64,000 nt of DNA, from contig OZ024741.1 in assembly GCA_964016885.1 (NCBI GenBank), positions 274,040,001-274,104,000 of the forward strand. The letters run 5' to 3'. The position numbers and the translations under genes are program-made. How positions within the stretch are numbered: position 1 is the first letter of the stretch; each line of letters opens with the position of its first letter. Below are positions 58,101 through 64,000 of this stretch, in pieces. The notes under the pieces are model-generated. The model saw nothing but the letters and a program-made list of their open reading frames with translations, was not told where the DNA came from and made no database searches. Source of the stretch: Eledone cirrhosa (taxonomy: Eukaryota).

Positions 58101-60305
58101 CACCACCACCACCACCACCGCCAACACAACCACAACACTCCGACCTTCACCACCACCATCACCACCACCACCAACACAACCACAACACTCCGACCTTCAC
58201 CACCACCACCACCACCACCACCAACACAACCACAACACTCCGACCTTCACCACCACCACCACCACCACCACCACCAACACAACCACAACACTCCGACCTT
58301 CACCACCACCACCACCACCACCACCACCACCACCACCACCACCACCACCAACACAACCACAACACTCCGACCTTCACAACCACCACCACCACCACCACCA
58401 CCACCACCACCACCACCGCCAACACAACCACAACACTCCGACGTTCACCACCACCACCACCACCACCACCACCAACACAACCACAACACTCCGACCTTCA
58501 CCACCACCACCACCACCACCACCAACACAACCACAACACTCCGACCTTCACCACCACCACCACCACCACCACCACCACCACCACCACCACCACCAACACA
58601 ACCACAACACTCCGACCTTCACAACCACCACCACCACCACCACCACCACCACCACCACCACCGCCAACACAACCACAACACTCCGACCTTCACCACCACC
58701 ACCACCACCACCACCACCAACACAACCACAACACTCCGACCTTCACCACCACCACCACCACCACCGCCAACACAACCACAACACTCCGACCTTCACCACC
58801 ACCACCACCACCACCACCACCACCACCACCACCACCGCCAACACAACCACAACACTCCGACCTTCACCACCACCACCACCACCACCACCACCAACACAAC
58901 CACAACACTCCGACCTTCACCACCACCATCACCACCACCACCAACACAACCACAACACTCCGACCTTCACCACCACCACCACCACCACCGCCAACACAAC
59001 CACAACACTCCGACCACCACCACCACCACCACCACCACCACCACCACCACCACCACCACCACCAACACAACCACAACACTCCGACCTTCACAACCACCAC
59101 CACCACCACCACCACCACCACCACCACCACCGCCAACACAACCACAACACTCCGACCTTCACCACCACCACCACCACCACCACCACCAACACAACCACAA
59201 CACTCCGACCTTCACCACCACCATCACCACCACCACCAACACAACCACAACACTCCGACCTTCACCACCACCATCACCACCACCACCAACACAACCACAA
59301 CACTCCGACCACCACCACCACCACCACCACCACCACCACCACCACCATCACCACCACCACCAACACAACCACAACACTCTGAACTTCACCACCACCACCA
59401 CCACCACCACCACCACCACCACCACCACCACCACCACCACCACCACCACAACACTCCGACCTTCACCTCCACCACCACCACCACTACCAACACAACCACC
59501 ACCACAACACTGCGACCTTCACCTCCACCACCACCACCACCACCAACACAACCACAACACTCCGACCTTCACCAATACCACCACCACCACCACCACCAAC
59601 ACAACCACAACACTCCGACCTTCAGCACCACCACCATCACCACCACCACCAACACAACCACAACACTCCGACCTTCACCACCACCACCACCACCACCACC
59701 ACCACCACCACCAACACAACCACAACACTCCGACCTTCACCACCACCACCACCACCACCACCACCACCGCCAACACAACCACAACACTCCGACCTTCACC
59801 ACCACTACCACCACCATCACCACCACCACCAACACAACCACAACACTCCGACCTTCACCACCACCACCACCACCACCACCACCACCACCACCAACACAAC
59901 CACAACACTCCGACCTTCACCACCACCACCATCACCACCACCAACACAACCACAACACTGCGACCTTCACCACCACCACCACCACAACCACAACACTGCG
60001 ACCTTCACCACCACCACCACCACCACCACCACCACCACCACCACCACCGCCAACACAACCACAACACTCCGACCTTCACCACCACCACCACCACCACCAC
60101 CACCACCACCACCACCAACACAACCACAACACTCCGACCTTCACCACCACCACCACCACCACCACCACCACCACCACCACCACCACCACCACCACCACCA
60201 CACTCCGACCTTCACCACCACCACCACCACCAACACAACCACAACACTCCGACCTTCACCATCATCACCACCACCACCACCAACTCAACCACAACACTCC
60301 GACCG
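49120..60305. repeat. ~11.2-kb compound satellite: constant 26-bp core plus variable (CCA)n
   Basis: Core ACACAACCACAACACT(C/G)CGACCTTCA separated by variable numbers of CCA units; roughly 200 units. Confidence 0.97.
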
Positions 60306-61268
60306 ACCGACCTCCCCCCCACATCTGCCCACCTACTCACCCTCACACCTAGCAACCTATCCACCTACACACCTGCCCACCTCCCCACCTCCCCACCCGC
60401 AAACCCACCCACACACCTACCCAACAGACAGACAGCTATCTATATTACCAGTATCATCTGTCACGTGGCTCATCTATGTCCCCTTCTTTTGCTCATTTCT
60501 TTCCCTATTCTACGTGGATGCCCCCTCCCCCCCCTGCAACACAGCTCACCACCTCCACCTACCCCATCTCACCAGCTACCCCTACCGCATTCCCCACTCC
60601 ATCACACAACCTCCCTTCACTCCATCCCACCATCTCCCCCACTCCAACCCACCAACCCCTCCATGCCAACCCTCACTCCATCCTCCCACTACTCCCAACA
60701 CCTCCACCTACCTCATTTACCCCATTCCGCCCACTACCTCTCCATCCCCCACTACATCCCCCTCCCGATTACCCACCCACCCCACCTCGTCACAATACCC
60801 CCTCCCCCCTCCCCCACTACAATCTCCCCTCCACCATCCACTCCTCCCCTCACTCCTTCATCCAACAAATCATTGTCTCATATAGTATTTAATATTATTT
60901 ATCTGATGTATCCGCCATTTTCTATTTAACTGAATCAGTCCATTAATAGGATAGATTCATGTGTTGATGGCATACGTTGGGGGGATTGGGGGCGGGGGAG
61001 GTAATCAATTACTTTACAGAGTTCGATCTAGTCATGTGACTGAAAAGGGAACGTAACTCATACACTCCACTAAATTTAATGATAACGATAAAGCGAATGA
61101 TTGTGTCAAAGTAAAGATGGAATCCATTCGGCGAGAACAAAAGACCAATATCTTAATATTGAATGAAAATTCTTTATGAAGAAAAGATTAGCTTGGAATC
61201 CATAGTGAATAAGATAGAGAGAGTTGCTGTATTTTAACACCATTTCAGACAACACCGCCATATTGTCG

Positions 61269-61324
<56 letters not shown>

Positions 61325-61529
61325 AAATAGATTAATAGATAAATGAATAAATAAATAAATAAAGAGATAGATAAAGAAAATAAATACTGTCCAACTATTG
61401 TGGTTGATATAATAATAGATATCTCTGAAAATATGTAAATAAGAAGTTGTAAAAGATAGGAATATATGGATATAAAGAAGTGTGTATAAACTAAACTATA
61501 CTGAAGAAAACCTATTTACCGTCATACAC

Positions 61530-61724
61530 TGAAAGTTATTCCGGGTTGAATTGGAGGTAACCACAGTAAGTAAAGTACTCAATACATTGCAGAGTATAAA
61601 AGTGTTAATATAGAAGAGCTTCTACAGGACTAGAACTGTTTCATTCGTGAGAAATCATATCGTATGGTCTTCAAAATGCTTTTAATTAAGCATACAGTGT
61701 ATTGCAAAATACACTATATATACA

Positions 61725-61791
<67 letters not shown>

Positions 61792-61866
61792 TCATATATA
61801 TATATACACATTCATATATATATATATATATATATATACATTCATATATATATATATATATATACA

Positions 61867-61961
<95 letters not shown>

Positions 61962-62028
61962 GAATGTATATATAGTGTATTTTGCAATACACTGTATGCT
62001 TAATTAAAAGCATTTTGAAGACCATACG
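61530..62028 (-). mobile_element. Hammerhead-like pLTR module whose 5' part is folded back around a (TA)n tract
   Basis: 61661-61720 is the reverse complement of ~61960-62028; minus strand TTGAAGA-CC...AAT-GAAACAGTTCTAGTC; related tail at 38820-38890. Confidence 0.6.
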
Positions 62029-62464
62029 CTATTGTTCTAAAGTAGCGACATTGTCGCTTACTTAAATTTTCGGCAGACAGGGGGAGATAAGTTGACAGCT
62101 CTGTTTCGTACTGTTTGGTACTTATCAAAACTCACTACTCTCCCCGTCTGCCGAAAATTATGTGTGTTGGATTCTTATAGAATTCCAGTAACATCGCTAT
62201 TTCAGAGCACCAATTCTAATTTTCAATATATATATATATATATATATTTAGGGATTATAACGTCTAGTTAATGTAGGTTCATCAGTGTGAGCACTCGATG
62301 CGTAGTTTCCAGTAAGTATAGAGGTGTAGTACTAAACAGAGTGTAACAATAATAATAAAAAGGACGATTTGTTATGTCGACATTTCGTTTATTGAATAAT
62401 GACGCGCGTTTCACTATTGATCAGCTCAAGGTCCAATATCTATCGATCTGGCCCGACTATATAA

Positions 62465-62640
62465 TAGTGAGTATAATCGAAGTTGCAGCTGAGACTGGCA
62501 CGAAGCACTCAATAAGAAGATATCGAAAAATCGATAAATTATAGCTTAGGATAATAACAATATGTTAGGTGTGTGATACAGTGAAAATTGCGACTGGAGA
62601 CATGTTGCCACCTTGATACTACAACAACGAAAATACAATC
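62465..62640 (-). repeat. Dispersed repeat, second copy at 63752-63957
   Basis: AATAGTGAGTATA.TCGAAGTTGCAG...GAAGCACTCAAT...TATGTTAGGTGTGTGA...GATACTACAACAACGAAAATACAA in both copies. Confidence 0.75.
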
Positions 62641-62673
62641 AGGTTAAATACGAGCCTAGACCTGATCGATAGA

Positions 62674-62943
62674 TCTATATATTACTATAAGTCTGCAATT
62701 GTAATGTAAAATAGACAAAAGGGCGCATAATGGGAAAACGCTTTGAAAGGGAGTTGACTCTGAAATGGGAATACAAATGGAATAAAACAAGTTTCGCGTA
62801 AATCGGACCACGGGTTCCCGAGATATGGGGTTTTTCCGGGTACCTTCATAAACAGAGAGAGGGGGAGAGAGAGAGATAAAGAGAGGGGGGAAGACAGAGA
62901 AGGATAATGGAAGAGAGAGCTGGTGGTGTTGTGAGTGTATGTG

Positions 62944-62976
<33 letters not shown>

Positions 62977-63258
62977 CTATGACCAGTATATATATAGATC
63001 ACAGACACCCACATATATATATACACACACACACATATATAGATGTACACACACACACTCACATTTATATATATATATATATTATACATACACAGCATGT
63101 ATTACACACGTATATATATATGGGCCTTCCAGTTTCATTTCACATTATATATATATGTCTGTGTATATTTTACTTATCTAAAAATTATTTTTAAGTGAAC
63201 ATAATCTTTAAAAAATACTTTGAAGCGAACGTGACCCAACGGGTCACGGGTGGTCTAG
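62674..63258 (+). mobile_element. Non-autonomous Helitron
   Basis: 5' A|TCTATATATTACTATAAG; 3' hairpin CGTGACCC-AAC-GGGTCACG (63230-63248) followed by GGTGGTCTAG|T; inserted at A|T with no TSD. Confidence 0.8.
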
Positions 63259-63631
63259 TATTATATAAATATCTTCGATTGGTTTCTGGGAAATCCGAAA
63301 GCTATTCTCCAAGTTGCAAGCCAGTAATGTATCCTAAGATGGAACGAGGATATCCCTTTCTCAATATGCATTTCTTACCGTTATCCACCGAGCGCGGTTT
63401 AATAACTCCACTGTAGCAGTAACTTTGGCAGTGGAGTGACGTGTTCCCCCTCAAGAAAAGAGGAAGTTCACATCCGGGTTTTGGCGGGCAAATTCAAAAT
63501 TGTGAACAAAGGAATTTATTCACAGCCTCGAAAGTAAACTCTCAACTAGGTTTTCAAACAATAAATAATTAATTAATTAATTAATTCATTCATTCATTCA
63601 TTCATTATAAAGGCTAGGAAAAAATAATAAT

Positions 63632-63730
63632 AATTGTTTCTACTTTTGGCACAAGGCTAGCAATTATCCCAGTGTATTACTGGTACTTTATTTATATACC
63701 GTAAGGACGAAAGGCAAAGTTAACCTCGGA
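63632..63730 (-). mobile_element. 5'-truncated Meta-domain SINE
   Basis: ATTGTTTCTACTTTTGGCACAAGGC..CTGGTACTTTA..GAAAGGCAAAGTTAACCTCGG. Confidence 0.75.
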
Positions 63731-64000
63731 GAAAATAATAATAATAATAACAATAGTGAGTATACTCGAAGTTGCAGTTGAGATTAGCAGTTTCGAAAAC
63801 GATCTTCTGAAGCTGGTACGAAGCACTCAATGAGAAGATATCAATCATTCGATAAATTATAGTTCAAAGTATTAACAATATGTTAGGTGTGTGACACAGT
63901 GAAAATTGCGACCGGAGACATGTTGTCACTTTGATACTACAACAACGAAAATACAAACATATGATATAGAGTAGGGACCCGATGACTGAGCACTTGCGGT

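Noticed and set aside
49120-60305. CRISPR-like alternation of a constant 26-bp repeat and variable spacers
   Set aside because: The spacers are only (CCA)n length variants, the repeat is not palindromic, there are no cas genes, and the context is eukaryotic
60305-60890. Pro/His-rich ORFs in all three plus frames
   Set aside because: C-rich low-complexity tract next to the satellite

Overview
Eukaryotic, AT-rich, microsatellite-saturated DNA with no convincing host protein-coding gene; most ORF-track entries are translations of simple repeats. The SINE families and microsatellite density suggest a coleoid cephalopod (octopus-like) genome, which is an inference. The window is a nested set of degraded mobile elements: a Penelope-like (PLE) RT fragment at the left edge that is missing from the ORF track, RLE-type LINEs (R4/Dong-like), Tx1-like LINE 3' ends, RTE-type fragments and non-autonomous derivatives, an internally deleted mariner with ~100-bp TIRs, a Tc1/mariner MITE, a non-autonomous Helitron and about 12 tRNA-derived Meta-domain SINE copies. 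Two large satellites occupy 43.1-47.1 kb (61-bp unit) and 49.1-60.3 kb (26-bp core plus variable (CCA)n). The most striking unannotated signal is a dense set (>15) of hammerhead-ribozyme-like motifs in short non-coding modules. These resemble PLE pLTRs or retrozymes, mostly lie in (TA)n tracts, are often folded back as inverted repeats, and share a downstream TYGAGTRCTY motif across otherwise unrelated families. The retroelement classes also partition among different microsatellite targets, and one RTE copy shows a twin-priming-type 5' inversion.
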